Shown: positions 23,174 through 37,690 of the stretch, piece by piece
Numbering within the stretch: the stretch's first letter is position 1
Layout: each line of letters opens with the position of its first letter
Assembly (NCBI RefSeq): GCF_004010195.1
Contig: NC_057719.1
Coordinates: 92,953,946-93,017,945, forward strand
DNA: 64,000 bases
DNA from: Chiloscyllium plagiosum
Lineage: Eukaryota
Direction of reading: 5' to 3'
The notes under the pieces: generated by a model
The model's input: the letters and a program-made list of their open reading frames with translations, nothing else
The model's database searches: none
What the model was told of the DNA's origin: nothing
Position numbers and translations under genes: made by a program

Positions 23174-26020
23174 GAACATATATCAGTACAGCACAGTAGA
23201 AGCCCTTCAGCCCTCGATGTTGCACAGATGTATTATCATTCTCTAAGGTCATACTAACCTACTTATCCTTCGTTGTACTATCTTCCATGTGACTTTCCAA
23301 GAGTCGCTTAATTGTCCATCTTGTATTTGACTTTACCACCACTGTGGACAAAGCATTCCACGCACCCATCACTCTCTGTGTAAAGAACCTACTTCTGACA
23401 TCTCTCATAAACTATCTACCAATCACCTTAAACTATGCCCCTCGTGATAGCCGTTTCGCCCTGGAAAGAAAACGTCTCTGGCAATACAGTCTATCTATGC
23501 CTCTCCTTAATCTTCTACACTTCTATCAAGTGATTTCTCATCCTTCTTCGTGCCAATGAGATAAGCCTTCGATCCTTCAATCTTCTACATAAGATATCCC
23601 CTCCAATCCCAGCAACATTCTGGTAATTTTCCTCTGCAGCCTCTCTAAAGCTTTCACATCCTTCCTAAAATGAAACGACCAGGACGTAACACCTATTCCT
23701 AGCGTGGTATGACCAGAGCTTTTTCGAGCAGCTACATAACCTCGCTGCTCTTAAAGTCCATTCCTCTGCTAATAAAAGCCAACACAACATGCAACATCTT
23801 GATAGCCCTATCAATGTGGCTGGCAACTTTGAGGGATCTATGGACAGCGACTGCAAGGTCCCTCTGTCCCCCACACTGTCAAGAATCCTGCCATTAAACC
23901 TGTATTCTGCATTCAAATTCGACTTTGCGAAGTGAATCACTTCAAACTTTTCCAATTTCAATTTTTTCTGCCACTTTTCAGCCATGTTCTGCATCCTGTT
24001 AATGTCCCATTGCAACCGACAGCAACCGTCTGCACTATGTACTAATCCACCCAACCTCAAATAATGAGCAAACGTACTCAGTCACCCTTCCACTTCCTAA
24101 TCCAAGTTATTTTTAAACATCACAAACAGCAGAGATGCCAGAACCCATACCTGCAGAACACGACTGTTCACCGAGCTCCAGGCTGAAAACTTTCCATTTA
24201 TCAACAACCTCTGTCTTCTATGGGCCAGCTAGATTTCTTTGTACGCCATGCTTAATTTCTTTATGAATAAGCCTACTCCTGGGAACCTTATCAAACAAAT
24301 TACTAAAATCCGTGTAGACCATTTCCACTGCTCTACCTTCATCAATGTGTTTTGTCATATCTTGCTGATTATTTCTAAACAGTCTATACTTTTACAAATT
24401 ATCATATATCCTGTCTCTCAGAATCCTCTCCAATATTCTACCTACCACAGATGTGAGACTGACTGGTCTATACATCCCAGAATAATCATATTTTCTTTCT
24501 TGAACAAGGGAATAACTTTTGCCACCCTCCAAACATTATGGCACTACTCCAGTGGACAGTGAGGATGCAACGAAATTTGCCAAAGTCGCAACACTCTCTT
24601 TGCTCGCTTCCTGTAGTAACTGAGGGTATTTATCCTCATGACTTCCAAAATGGTCCGTCTTCACAGCAACCTGTTTGGTATATAAATCTGTTTCATGCTG
24701 TCCTTGGAAACATCAAGGTCCCTCCCAGTAGTGAACATTGAAGTGAAGGACCTCCCCTAGCTTCAGGCATAAGTTCCCTCCATTATTCCTGATCTGCCCT
24801 ACCCTACCTCCAGCCATTCTCTTGTTCCTCCATAAGTGTAGAATGCCTTACACATTTCCTTTATTCGATCTACTAAAGCCTATTAATGCCCCCTTCTGGG
24901 TCTTCTCAGTCCGTTCTTCATTACCTTCCTGGCTATCTTGCAACCGTCTAGGGCCCTGCTTGATCCTTGCTTCCTCAACCTTAAGAAGGTTTCTTCTTCC
25001 TCTTAACCAGATGTTTCACATATCTTGTTATCCAAGGTACTTTCAAACTACTATTCCATTCTTGTTTCAGTGGGACAGACCTCTCCATCACAATCAGCAA
25101 GTGCTCCCTACATAATCTCCACACATCTGTCATGCATTTCCTTGATATCTGTTCTCAATTTAGGCACCCCCTGTTCCTGCCTAATTTAATTGTAATTCCC
25201 TCTCCCTCAATTAAATATTTTCGCATATCATCTACTTCTATCCCTCTCTATGAGTATCGTAAAACTCAGGGAGGTTTGATCACTACCACCGAAGTGTTCT
25301 CCCACTGAGAGATCTAACACCTGGCATGGTTCGTTGCCAAGCACCAAACCCAGTATGGCCTCCCCTTATCTGTCCATCTACATATTGAATCAGGAACCTT
25401 TCCTGGACACACCTGACAAAAACTAATCCATCCAAAGTATTTGACCTAAGTTAAAGCTACCATGACAACTGCACTGTTACTTCTGCACCTTGCCAAAATC
25501 TGCCTTGCAATCTGCTCCTCCGTCTCTGCTTCTATTGGGGGAGGGGGTGTTGGTTGGAAACCCCCAATAAAGGGACTGCTCCTTTCCTGTTTCTGACTTC
25601 CACCTGTACTGATTCAGTCGGCAATCCCTCCTCGTTGACCTCCCTTTCTGCACCTGTAATACGAGTCCTGATTAGCAATACCACTCCTCCACATCTGTTA
25701 CCTGCCACACCCACCCACCCCTAATCATTTTGGAACATCTAAGCACTGAACAATACAATGACCATATCTGCCCCTGTGATATCCAAGTCTCCATGATGGC
25801 CAAACATCACAGTTTAACGGACTGATCCATGCTCTAATTCATCATACTTATTCCTGAAACTTCTTGCATTAACATAGATGCACTTCAACCTATCACACTG
25901 ATTGCACCTTTGCCCTATCAGGTGCCTACCCCTCCTCACAGACTCGCTGCAACCGATATCTGGCTGTTCACTGGCTACTACATCATCTGGTTTGTAGCGC
26001 TGGTTTCATTCCCCTGCCAG
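23174..26020 (-). mobile_element. CR1/HER1-like LINE, ~2.8 kb, including endonuclease remnant
   Basis: GGVVLLIR...TESVQVEVRNRKGA (APE endonuclease); CCRLQWDINRM...FEVIHF (RT thumb); 3' tail at ~23174. Confidence 0.92.
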
Positions 26021-26959
26021 AAGAGAAACTAAAAGAACAACGCCGATTGTGAGATTGAGAGATGTTAATATTATCATTTTCGAAGATGATACTTGGGAGA
26101 GATATTACCATGTAAAGTGTTGGATTGTCATTAAAACCCAACATTGAAGCCAGCCTGCGTGTACAAAAAACTACAAAAGGAGAGCCAGAGCTGGGAGGTA
26201 TAGGACTGAAGAAGGCAACAGTTCCTGTTTTCTCCACAAATCATTTGATCCCTTTCGTTCTAAGATGAATAGGTGCAGAATCAAAATATTGGAAAGTCCA
26301 ACTCAAGACAATAAAAGCTTAAATATTGAGCAGATTGAGCAGCATCTGAATCATACTTTTTGGCATATTGATGAACAAGCACTCAGGCTATAAGGTCTGC
26401 GTTTCCCTCACTCTCCTTTACAATATTGCCCTTCAACTGACGTATCTTACAGAGTTCCTGCGCAACAGCTTTACGTTCCACAAGGACTCATCTTGTGATA
26501 CACTATGTCTTTGAAATGGTAGTAAACTTTTCATTAAACTCAGACTGCTATTTATATGTCAATTGTGTTTTCAATTTTGACAGAGATCACTGTTCATTCG
26601 CAGAGTAATTGCCGTATGACAAGGTGGAAAGTCCGTAGGGAAAATACCATGCGAGCACCATCAGCATAGAGATGGCAGTAGTTCATATTGCCCACTCTCA
26701 CCGCTGAACAGACACCTAGGGATTGACAATATCAGGCAGTCTTACTCTATTCCAGCTTCTCCATATCCATGAATCGAGCTTATTTAAAAAAAAACTGGTT
26801 GAGCAAAATGAATTTGAAGACCCTGCAGAAATAAATGCTACAGACACAATAGAATTCACATGGATAAGACAGTGTAATTTTAAAATATGGATGGCCTCTC
26901 GAATTTTCCTCCCTTTTCAAAACACTTTGCAAATCACTGTGTACCACTGGGATCAAGGT

Positions 26960-27870
26960 CATAGTCATGCAACATGGAAACAGACCTTTCAGTCATACAG
27001 TCTATGCTGACCATAATCCCGGTTAAACTAGTCCTATCTGCATGTGTCTGGCTCATATCCTTCCAAGCATTTCTTATGCATGTGCTTAAACAAATGTCTT
27101 TTAAACCTTATAAGTGTACCTGCATCCGCCACTTCCTCTGGAAGTTTATTCTTCACATGAAACAACCTCTGTAAAAAGAAAATGTTCCTGTCATTCCACT
27201 GATCAATACGCTTCATGAATTTATAAATCAATATAAGGGCAGCCCTTAAGTCTTACACTTCAAAAAAAAACAGGGACTTTCCAGATTATTTTGTATCTTA
27301 AATTAGCCATTTCCAGCAACGTCTTGGTAAATCTCTTCTGAACTCTCTCCAACTTAATAATGCATTTTCCATATCAGAACAACTGGAACTAGATACAGTA
27401 TTCCAGAAGGGGCCTTTCTAGTGTTTTGTACAACCTCAACATGTCGTCCCAACTGGTAGCCTGAAATGTCTGAGCAATGAAGGCAAACATGTTCAACAAA
27501 TTCTTCACTACCCGAATCCCTATGTGATGCAAACTTCAAATATGTATGCATCTGAAACCCCTAGATCTATCTTTTCTACAGAATAACCCAAGGCCCTACT
27601 TTTAATTGTATATGGTTTGCCCTTATTTGTTTTACAATAATGCAATACTTCACTATTATCCAAACTAAACTCTATCTGCCATTCTTCAGAACATTGGCCC
27701 AATTGATCAAGATTCATTTGTAATTATAAATCGCCTTCTTCAATCTCCACTGTACCCCAATCCAGATGATAATCACCAACGTATTAACCATGGGTTCAAT
27801 ATTCTCATCCACATCATTCATATAATTGACAAACAGAAGTGGACCCAGCAATAATCCCTCGGGGGTGTTA
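26960..27870 (-). mobile_element. CR1-like LINE 3' fragment
   Basis: PEGLLLGPLLFVNYMND; NKLPEEVADAGTLIRFKRHL. Confidence 0.88.
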
Positions 27871-29109
27871 AACGGACATCTTTTCCTCCATTTACACTTC
27901 AGTTTAAACTGCTCCTCAAAAGAATAAACTAACAAGCAGCTCCCATCCCTTGCAGCATTGTTCTTGAATTAAGCAAAGCAGGAAGGATGAGTAGAAGCTA
28001 TGTGGCGAACAGTCAAGTGACCACAAGCAGAAACATTCCTGGGATGGGATGACAGGAATTTAGGAACACTCACCAGTATAACCTTAGTGAAACAGTCACG
28101 AGGAAGAGGAGGAGCAGAGACGATGTCTGCTCTAAAATTGCCCTAACCTGTCCCTCGAATCCCACAAAGCTTCACAGAGTTACCTTCCATCTGGCAACTT
28201 TGTTCAGAGCGCTTCTTGGCACATTCTGTCAAGGCTACTTTTAAAGCAAGGGAAGACTCTCTGATCTCACCTCAAATAATATTGGGACATCAGTTGAAAC
28301 AATAAAGAGCAAAAGAACAGAGTACGCTTTGTTTGCATAATATGTTCATTGTTTTCACGACATGAATAAGGAAATTGATGCATGTACTTCCGAATCGGTC
28401 AAGAGATTTTTGTTCTATTTGTGATGAGGCTGATTGGTTAAACGCCATGACAGAAGGACAGAAAGAAGCTCCACTCGTTGCCATGGGCAACAAAACTTCA
28501 TTCACACTCTATTGCAGTTCCTCTTGGGCATGATCGTTACAAACTCTCACTAACTGATGAACAATAGTAAGATAGAAATCAACAGCTTCCATTAAAGAGC
28601 AAAGAGCAGAGTACAGAATGGGAAAGTAAAGGAAAGCAAAAGTGGGAGTAACAGTGCAAGTGGTCAAACAGTGGGAGTGGCAAAAGAGCAGAAGATCTGT
28701 AAAAGGTTATGTAGCAGCAGAAGGGGCAGTGTAAGGGAAGTAGGTGCGTAAAGAAAGAGTACGAAGAAGGAGGAACACAGAGAAGGAGGGACAGTTGAAA
28801 TATTAGTGATAATAAAACGTGCATGATTGGAGAAGAGGGATTGGTGGGCGTTCAAGCAGGAATAAATGGGATCTGGTTTCTGTCGAAATTCAAGATAACA
28901 TTTCTCTTCTTACCTCTTGTTCTGACATTTGATCCTTGTTTACATTTAACATTTGCAGCTTCAATGGTTTTCCTTAAGGACAGTACACATACCTCTCCTT
29001 CCACCAATTTCAATGTCTCAGAGTCTTTTCATTATTTTCCAACAATAGGAAGAATAGTAGGCTTTTGTTCCATTAATATTCTTCCAATTGAAGTTTTCTT
29101 TTACTCTTG

Positions 29110-29320
29110 TTTGTTAATTCCATGTCACCTGACAGGGCCAGCGTTGATTGCCCATCTGAATTGCCTTTGAGCTGGCGATGGTGAGCTGCCTACATGAACC
29201 ACTGCATTCCACCTGCTGTGGATTGATCCACAATGGCATTATGGGGGAATTCCAAGAATTTGTCCCAACGACAGTGAAGGAAGGGTGATGGATTTCCAAG
29301 TCAGTATGGTGAGGGGTTCA
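29110..29320 (-). mobile_element. 3' end of a second CR1-like family
   Basis: PSFTVVGTNSWNSP...; tail gggcaatcaacgctggccctgtcag is shared with the SINE tails at ~31790 and ~54400. Confidence 0.65.
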
Positions 29321-30914
29321 TTTTAAACCAGTCACCAGACTGACGTGGAAATGTATCACGCTTCCTTCACTGACTTAATTGAGACATATAAATCAGAGGG
29401 TTAGTTATGGCTCTCTCTCTCTTCCAGTGAGAGCCTTTTCCCTAGGATGGCGATGGCTAGCAGGAGTGGCATAGCTTAAAACGGAGGGGTAGTAGATATC
29501 AGACTGATGTCAGAGGTAGCTGCCTTACTCAGAGAGTAGTTTGGATTGGATTCCCTACAGTATAGAAACAGGTCATTTGACCCACCATGTCCACAGCGAT
29601 CATCGGAAGAGTTATCCACCCAGACCCATTCCCCTACATTTACCCCTGACTAATCCAACTCAACACGTTGTAATACCTTCCCTTCCCAGCTATACGTTCT
29701 TATCTTCAGATTTCCTGTGTCTTCTTTTCTTATGGTTAGGAATTTCTGCTTTGCAGGTTACTAATCGAAATGTTGCCTTTTTAAGAGAGCTAGTTTTTGG
29801 GCAGTCTGTTTAGATGTTAGCTCGTGGAAGTTCTCCTCTCAGCTGTTCAATTTTCTTCAGTCTTTTACTCCAGACTACCGGATTGTGCACGAAGGGAATT
29901 ACAGAAGGGAAGGTAACAGATAGATGAGAGAAAGAAAATGTAACTATTTCTTAGTTAATGATTCTCTGTTATACTTTAAGAAATAAAGTTGTCAATTTTT
30001 ACTTTAAGTATTTCATGGATACTTGGAATAGAGTGAAAACAAGCCATTTGGATATAGAACAGACTAGAAGGCAGAAGACAGATGCTCGTCGTGGAGGGTT
30101 GCCTTCCAGACTGGCGGCCTGTTACCAGTGATGTGCCATAAGGATCTCTGATTCGTCCATGAATGGTGACATGTTAGAGGAATGTAAGTAATTAAGGTAG
30201 CTTGGAAAAGTGGGACAGTTCTCTTTAGAGAACAGAAGGCTTAAGGATTAAGGGTCAGCTGTGTTGTTCTGGTCCTGGTGTCACAAGTAAGCCGGATTGG
30301 GTAAATTATAGTCAGGATCTTTATTCCTGACGTCAGGCTTATATACCTAGTTTGAGTCGTCGAACTTAAACACCACCACTTCTATGTCCCAGTCCACAAG
30401 GGTGACGAGTTTGATATTTCACCACAACAGCATCTTCTTCAGTTGATAGCATTTACTAGGAGTAAGAAGCTGATTCTGAGATGATGCAAGCAAAAACATC
30501 TCCCACTGCCAATGTCAGAAACTTCAATCTAAATAGCAAAATCAAATTTCAAACCAGCCACTGCAAAGTTAAACACGCAATACGCTCCAGTTGCACCAAT
30601 CAGCTGTCTCAGCATCATGCACTGCCTTTGGCTACAATATTATATATTGAGATAAGTATTCCCTTGCGCCCCATCTTTGACCAAGAGCACTCCGAACCTC
30701 GGAATTTCACGCGTCATGTACCATCATCCCATTCCCATTTCCAGTTGGATCGTCATGGCAGTGCCACAGTTTTACTGATGTCGGGTCTGGGAACTGGGAT
30801 TATATTTGACCGTCTGCAGCAGTGGGTACTGCGTTGTGTGGAGAAACTGATAAAGTAGTTGCTGTCAAACTACAATGCAACTGAAGCGCACATTTCAGCA
30901 ATGTGGTGCACTGT

Positions 30915-30987
30915 GCACTGAGTCTTTAATGCTTTAATACTTTTACGATGTGCAAGTGCGACCTCAGTTCGAATCCATGTCATTAAG
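30915..30987 (+). pseudogene. tRNA-His(GTG) pseudogene, heavily decayed
   Basis: gatgtgcaagtgcgacctcagttcgaatccatgtcat resembles His 3' half GTTGTGGCCGCAGCAACCTCGGTTCGAATCCGAGTCAC; sits at the paralogous position to the His copy at 53162-53230. Confidence 0.6.
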
Positions 30988-31454
30988 TGCTCTCTACGTT
31001 TCACTTTTTGAGAAACACGGGAAGAAATTACTCATTTTTACTTGGTAGTATACTCCGAGGTGAAGATTTTTTTTCATTGATGTTCCCCTCACTCACATCT
31101 CTGCGCTTCATATAATCAGATTTCAAACCCACCCGTTCTCGGAGATTTCTCTCCCTGCACAATCACGAACCCTCCTCCAATTTTACTGAGGACGTGCACA
31201 ATCTAACACTCTATTTCACTCGGACACCGTTTAGTCTGTGCTGCTCCACTCTGTCGCTTGGCGAATGTGTCCCAATCTCACCACTGGCACCTTCAGTCCA
31301 CTCGATCCATTTGGATACTGCAGTTGTGAGATCAGTCCTCGTTTAACAGATTCACTGACATAGACCAGAGATTATTAGAGTGTCAGCCTCAGCAAAATGC
31401 ACAGGGAAAATTTGGGGAAAAGAGACTTTTTCAGAAAAAGACCTGCTTTGAAGG

Positions 31455-31795
31455 ATTGCTGTGTTGGTCTAATGGTATGATCACGAGACTGGTAACCCAG
31501 TGACTCAGGGAATGCTACAGGGACCTGGGTTCCCCGCCAGATGATAGAAGTGGAATGAAATAAAAATATGGAATTAGGAATCTAATGATTACTGCGAATC
31601 TGTTGTCTGAGAAATCACCAAACTGTTTCACTAACATTCTTCAGGGAAGGAATCTGCCATCCTTACCTGATCTGGCGTCCTTTGAGACAAGAGAACCGCA
31701 GCAATATGGTTGACTTTTAAACATCCCTCTGGCCTATTAGGGATGGGCAATAAATGCTGTTGAGCCAGCAACGCCCTCATCCTGTTACAGAAAAA
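31455..31795 (+). mobile_element. tRNA-derived SINE with CR1-type tail
   Basis: A/B-box-like head, ttcactaacattcttcagggaaggaatctgcc core, tail gggatgggcaataaatgctg...cgccctcatcc; second copy at ~54060-54410. Confidence 0.8.
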
Positions 31796-31911
31796 AACAA
31801 ATTTCATTCATCTCTAGTGAAAGTACTGCATGCAGTTCTGCAATTCATATTGTAGTGGGAATGAGATGGTGCAGGAGACATTCACTGGAATAATGTCTGG
31901 GCGGAACAGTT

Positions 31912-34528
31912 ATAGAACATAGAACATAACAGCGCGATACAGGCCCTTCGGCCCTCGATGTTGCACCGACCTATCTTACCAATCTGAAGCCCATCTAACC
32001 TACACTATTCCATGTACACCCATATGCTTGCCCAATGACGACTTAAATGTACTTAAAGTTGGCGAATCTACTACCTTTGCAGGCAAAGCATTCTATAAAC
32101 TTACCAATCTCTGAGTAAGGAAATTACCTCTGACATCTGTCCTACATCTATCTTCCCTCTATTTAAAGCTATGCACCCTCGTGCTTGCCGTCACCGTTCT
32201 TGGAAAAAGGCTCTCCCTGTCCAACCTATCTTACCCTCTGATTATCTAATATATCTGTATTAATTCACCTCTCTGCTTCTTCTCTCCAACGAAAACAGCC
32301 TCAAGTCCCTCAGCCTTTCCTCGTAAGACCTTCCCTCCATACCAAACAACATCCTAGTAAATCTCCTCTGCACCCTTTCCAAAGTATCCACATCATTCTT
32401 ATATTGCGGTGACTGGAACTGTATACAATACTCCAAGTGCGGCCGCACTAGAGTTTTGTACAGCTGTAGCACAACCTCATCATTCCAGAACTCGATTGCT
32501 CAATTAATAAAAGCTAAAACACTGTATGCCTTCTAAACAACCCTTTCAACCTGGGTGGCAACTTTCAAGCATCTGTGTGCATGGACACCGAGATCTCTCT
32601 GCTCATCTACACTACCAAGAATCTTACCATCAGCCCAGTAATTTGCATTCCGGTTACTCTGACCAAAGTGAATCGCCTCACACTTGTCCGCATTAAACTC
32701 CATTTGCCACCTCTCAGCCCAGCTCTGCAGCATATCTATGTCTCTCCGTAAACTATTACATACTTCGTCACTATCCACAACTCCATCGACCTTAGTGTCA
32801 TCTGAAAATCTACTAACCCACCCTTTTATGTCCACATCCAGGTCGTTTATAAAAATGACCAATAGCAGTGGACACAACACCGAACCTTGCGGTACACCAC
32901 TGTTAACTGGACACCAGGATGAACATTTCCCATCAACCACCATCCTCAGTCTTCTTTCAGCAAGCCAATTACTGAGCTGAACTGATACATCTCCCATGAT
33001 TCTATTCCTCCTCATTTTGTACAATAGCCTACTGTGGGGAAACTTATCGAAAGCCTTGCTGAAATCCATATACACCACATCGACCGGTTTACTCTCATCT
33101 ACTTGTTTGGTCACCTTCTCAAAGAACTCAACAAGGTTTCTGAGGCACAACTTACCCTTCACAAAACCGTGCTGACTATCCCTAATCAAAGTATTATTTT
33201 CAAGATGATTATAAATCCTACCTCTTTTATCCTTTTCCAACACTTTACCAACAACTGAAGTAAGGCTCACTGGTCTATAATTACCAGGATTATCTCTACT
33301 CCCCTTCTTGAATGGGGGAACCACATTTGCTATCCTCCAGTCTGGCACTATTCCGGTAGACAATAGCGATTTAAAGATCAATGCCAAATGTTAGGCAATC
33401 TCCTCCCTGGCTTCCCAGAGGATCCTAGGATAAATCCTTTCCAGCCCAGGGAACTTATCTATTTTCACACTCTGAAGGATTTCTAATACCTCCTCCTTGT
33501 GAACCTCAATCACACCTGGTCGCATAGCCTGTAATCTCTTCGATAACATTTTCATTTTCAAGAGTGAATACTGTCGCAAAGTATTCATTTAGTGCTTCCA
33601 CTAGTGCACACACAATTTCCCACTACTATCCTTGATTGGCCCTAATCTTACTCTTGTCATTCTTTTATTCCTTAAATACCTACAGAAAGCCTTAGGGTTT
33701 ACCCTGATCCTATCTGCCAACAACTTCTCATGTCTCCTCCTGGCTCTTCTGAGCTCTCTCTTTAGGTCTTTCCTGGCTACCATTTAACGCTCAAGCGCCC
33801 TAACTGAGCCTTCACATCACATCCTAACATAAGCCTTCTTCTTCCTCTTGACCAGAGATTCCACTTCCTCCGTAAACCACAGCTCGCGTGCTTTACAGCT
33901 TCCACCCTGGCTGACAGGCGCATACTTATCTAGGATGCACAGTAGCTTTTCCCTGAATAAGCTCCACATTTCAAATGTGCATATCACCTGCAGTTTCCGT
34001 TTCCATCCTATGCTTCCTAAATCTTGCTTAATCGTATCGTAATTGCCTTTCCCTCCGCTGCAAGTCTTGCCCAGTGGTGTACACCTATCCCTTTCTCTCA
34101 CTAAAGCAAACATAACAAAATTGTGATCGCTACCACCAAAGTGCTCACCTACTTCCAAGTCTAACACCTGGTGGGGCTCGTCACCCAGGACCAAATCTAA
34201 TGTGGCTTTGCCCCTTGCTGGCCTGTCCACATACTGTGTAAGGAAGCCTCCTGCACACACTGGACAAAAACTGACCCATCTATAGTACTCGTATGTAGTG
34301 TTCCCAGTCAATATTTGGAATGTTGAAGTCACCCATGACAATGACCCTGTGTCTCTTACTCCTAGAGAGAATCATCTTTGCTATCCTTTCCTTTCCATCT
34401 CTGCAAGTATTCGGAGGCCTATAGAAAACTCCCAACAGGGTGACCTCTCATTTCCTGTTTCCAACTTCAACCCATACTACCTCAGTTGACGACTCCCCAG
34501 ACATCCTTTCTGCAACTGTAATATTGTA
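31912..34528 (-). mobile_element. Young CR1/HER1-like LINE, ~2.6 kb
   Basis: ORF 32533-33387 with NYRPVSLTS, SQHGF, DFSKAFD, GVPQGSVL, FSDD; (catagaa)n tail at 31912; inserted inside an older LINE. Confidence 0.97.
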
Positions 34529-34529
34529 A

Positions 34530-34940
34530 TTATGAAGGCAGACAGGACAGACTGGGTTTTTGTTTGTCGCAGAGCAGAGGAGATTGAGAGAAGACATGAC
34601 TGAGATGCACAAAATAATCAGGAATATGGGTAGGATAGACTGAAAAAGCGTTTTCCATTAATGCAGGGATCGATTACTAGGGGGTGAAAGATTTAAGGGA
34701 AATGGCAGAAAAGTTGGAATAGATGTGTGAAAAAGTGTGATCAGCCAGTGGGTGGTTTGAATTTGGAAGGCACTCTGTCTAAGGCAGAAAAACTCATAAC
34801 CTGGAGAAATGTTCAAATGTGAATGTGTGATGCCAAGATGTATAAGCTTATGGGCTAGAAGATGGAAAATTGTATTCGTATCAATACGCAGTTGTTTTTG
34901 ACATGAGGAGTCACAACGGGCTGAAGGGCTTCCCTCGACA
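34530..34940 (+). mobile_element. Old CR1-like LINE 3' end, continuing 31800-31910
   Basis: Paralogous to 56430-56850 and to 52120-52540 on the minus strand; ends gggctgaagggc just before the tRNA-Asp remnant. Confidence 0.75.
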
Positions 34941-34946
34941 CAGTTA

Positions 34947-35008
34947 TCCTCGATAGTATAGTGGTTAGTGTCCCCGCCTGTCAGAGGGCTTCATTCCCCA
35001 CTGGGAAC
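34947..35008 (+). tRNA. tRNA-Asp(GTC) pseudogene with ~10-nt deletion after the anticodon
   Basis: tcctcgatagtatagtggttagtgtccccgcctgtca nearly matches the vertebrate Asp 5' half; 3' anticodon stem and variable loop are missing. Confidence 0.85.
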
Positions 35009-35404
35009 AGAATAAATGTTTTAAAATTGTCGCTCAGTTCCCAAGTGTGGGTTATTAATACCTGTATTTACATTCTCAATGGGACATGTCACAGTAAGGA
35101 TGGTGCAGACTGAATCAGTGTGGGGAAGGTCTGCAATCACGGGACAGACAAAGTAAAAGTAAAAGTGCAAACACGTGACTTCTGCAAGCTGCATCTTGTC
35201 GCTGTATTGAAATGTAAGCCATTTGATAGAAGTGTTCCTGACTGAACTGATTAATGGAAGTAGGAAGCTGAGGAAGAGAAAGGGTAAACCGATTCAGATG
35301 TGAGTGCAGAAATATTTCTTGCAGCATCATAAGGAAAACTGACATGGCTTCGAAAAAGAGTTTGCCTTGCAGAACTATTAGTTCAAAGAGCTGTTTTTGT
35401 TCCA

Positions 35405-36830
35405 CTTTAGCGAACGTTGTTCCTCTTTTCAAGAAGGGTAACAGGGAAATCCCTGACCATTACAGGCGTCAGTCTAACGTCTGTGGTCAGCAAAGTTTTG
35501 GAAATAATTCTGTGGGAAATGCTTTATGAGTATTTGGCAAACCATAGCGTGATAAAGGCAGTCATCATGCCTTTGTGACTGGCAGGTCATGCCGCGCAAA
35601 TCTTATTGAGTTCTTTGAGGAGGTGTCAAGACAGGTCGATGATGGTCGAGCAGTGGATGTGGTGTATATGGACTTCAGCATGGAATTTGATAGGGTTCCA
35701 CATCATAGCCTCATTCACAAAGTCATGAATTATTTGATACAGGGAGATTTGGATATCTAGATTCAGAATTGACTGGCTGGCAGAAGCCAGAGAGTGGGTG
35801 TAAATGGAAAATATTCCGTCTTGAGGTCAGTGTTGATTGGTATCTTGCATGGCTCTATTCTTGGGCCTCTGCTCTTTGTAGTTTTTATAAATGACTTGGA
35901 TGAGCAAGTTGAGGGGTGGGTTAGTAAATTTGCAGATGACACAAATGTTGGAAGTGTTATCAATAGTATAGAGTGCGACTGCAGCTGCAGCGCGGCAAAG
36001 ACAGGATGCAGAGCTGGGCTGAGAAATAGCAGGTGGAGTTCAACCTAGACAGATGCGAAGTGATGCATTTTGGAAGGTCAAACTCGAATGCTGAAGAAAA
36101 GATTATAGCCAGGATTCTTGTCAGTGTGGAGGAACAGAGGGATCTAGGTATGCAAGTATATAGATCCCGCAAAATTGCCACCCAAGTGGATAGGGTTGTT
36201 AAGAAAGCATGTGATATTTTGGCTTTCAATAAAAGGAGTATCGAGTTTAAGTGCCGCAAGGCTTTGCTGTTGCTCTACAAGTTCCTGGTGACACCACACT
36301 TGAAATGTTGTGTCCAGTTCTGGTCGCCCTACGAAAGGAAAGATATAGAGGTTTTGGAGAGGGTGCAAATAAGGTTTACCAGGATGCTGCCTGGACTGGA
36401 CGACTTGCCTTATGACGAAAGGTTGAATAAGCTCGGACTTTTCTCTCTGGAGAGAAGGAGGAAGAGAGGCGACCTAATCGAGGTGTAGAAAACAATGAGA
36501 GGAATAGATAGAGTCAATAGCTAGATACATTTCCCCAGGGCAGGATTGGCTGGTGCGAGAAATCATAGTTTGAAGATATTAGGAGGAAGGTATAAAAGAG
36601 ATGTCAGTTGTAGGTTCTTTATGCAGAGATTTGTGAATGCATGGAATGCGTTGCCAGCTGTGGTGGAAGCTGAGTCATTGGGGGCATTTAAGCGACAGCT
36701 GGACATGCACATGGATAGCAGTGAGTTGAGTGTTGTGTAGGTTAAGTTTTTATATTTTACATTAGGACTACATCTCGGCACAGCATCGTGGGCCAAAAGG
36801 CCTGTTCTGTGCCGCACGTTTCAATGTTCT
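35405..36830 (+). mobile_element. CR1/HER1-like LINE, RT to 3' end
   Basis: GSILGPLLFVVFINDLD, KFADDT, MEFNLDRCEVMHFG, VNAWNALP and tail. Confidence 0.95.
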
Positions 36831-37309
36831 TAAGGCCTTAAGTTATTGAATGACACGTGAACTGTTAGAACACAGCAAGCGATAAGTCACCTGCTGAAAA
36901 TCAGGTTTAGAAGCCAAATGCTTGTTGACTGAAATTGAGATAACGGGCTGAAGTCCTCTTTCAATTATGTTAAAAACTCAATGACTTCATCATTTTTCAA
37001 TTGAACAGAAAAATCAAAAAGAAAGTCATCAATAAAAGTTGCCAGCATTGCGTTTGCCTTCCTTCCTGCTTTAGTAGTTGGGATTAAGCTCTCACAGACA
37101 TTTCCTTGATTATTCTTTTCCAGTTATGGAATAAACATTTGTTGTTCCTTATGAAAATCTTATATTTAACATTAAATTCTGAAATTACAAAACCGCAAAG
37201 ATAGCAGCTCTGTCCGAGTTAGTGAGATGTTCATATCAGAGATAAAACCAAATGTGAACAAGCTCAGAAATTAGTAGATTTGGTCTGCTCAGAAGCAGTA
37301 CTACAAAAA

Positions 37310-37690
37310 CAAAAATTATCCTTATTGTAACATACAGGTTTTTAAGATAATAAACAAGATGAATGCAGAAAGGTTGTTTCCCTTCTCAGACAGTCAGGGA
37401 CCAGAGTGTCTCGTATCAGAATGGAGATCACATATTTATGACAGAGATGAGGAAGCATTTATTCTCTCAGACAGTTCAGAATTGGTGGAATTCTTTATAG
37501 CAGGAGGTGGTTGCTGAAGGGTCATTAAGTTTAGTCAAGGTTGAGATCAGAAAATCTTTAATCAGCAAAGGCATCAAGAGTCATAGGGAAATGCAATAAA
37601 GTGAAGTTCAGAATTATCATATCAGATATGAAATCATTCAATATCAGAGCAGAGTTGATGGTCTGAATGGTTTCTTTCTGTTCCTAAAAT
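37310..37690 (+). mobile_element. Old CR1-like LINE 3' fragment
   Basis: gagatgaggaagcatttattctctcaga...tggtggaattct...ggtctgaatggtttctttctgttcct. Confidence 0.7.

Noticed and set aside
30481..30858. 125-aa ORF
   Set aside because: It lies in the duplicated segment, and the paralog at 53540-53950 has indels and no matching ORF in the track.
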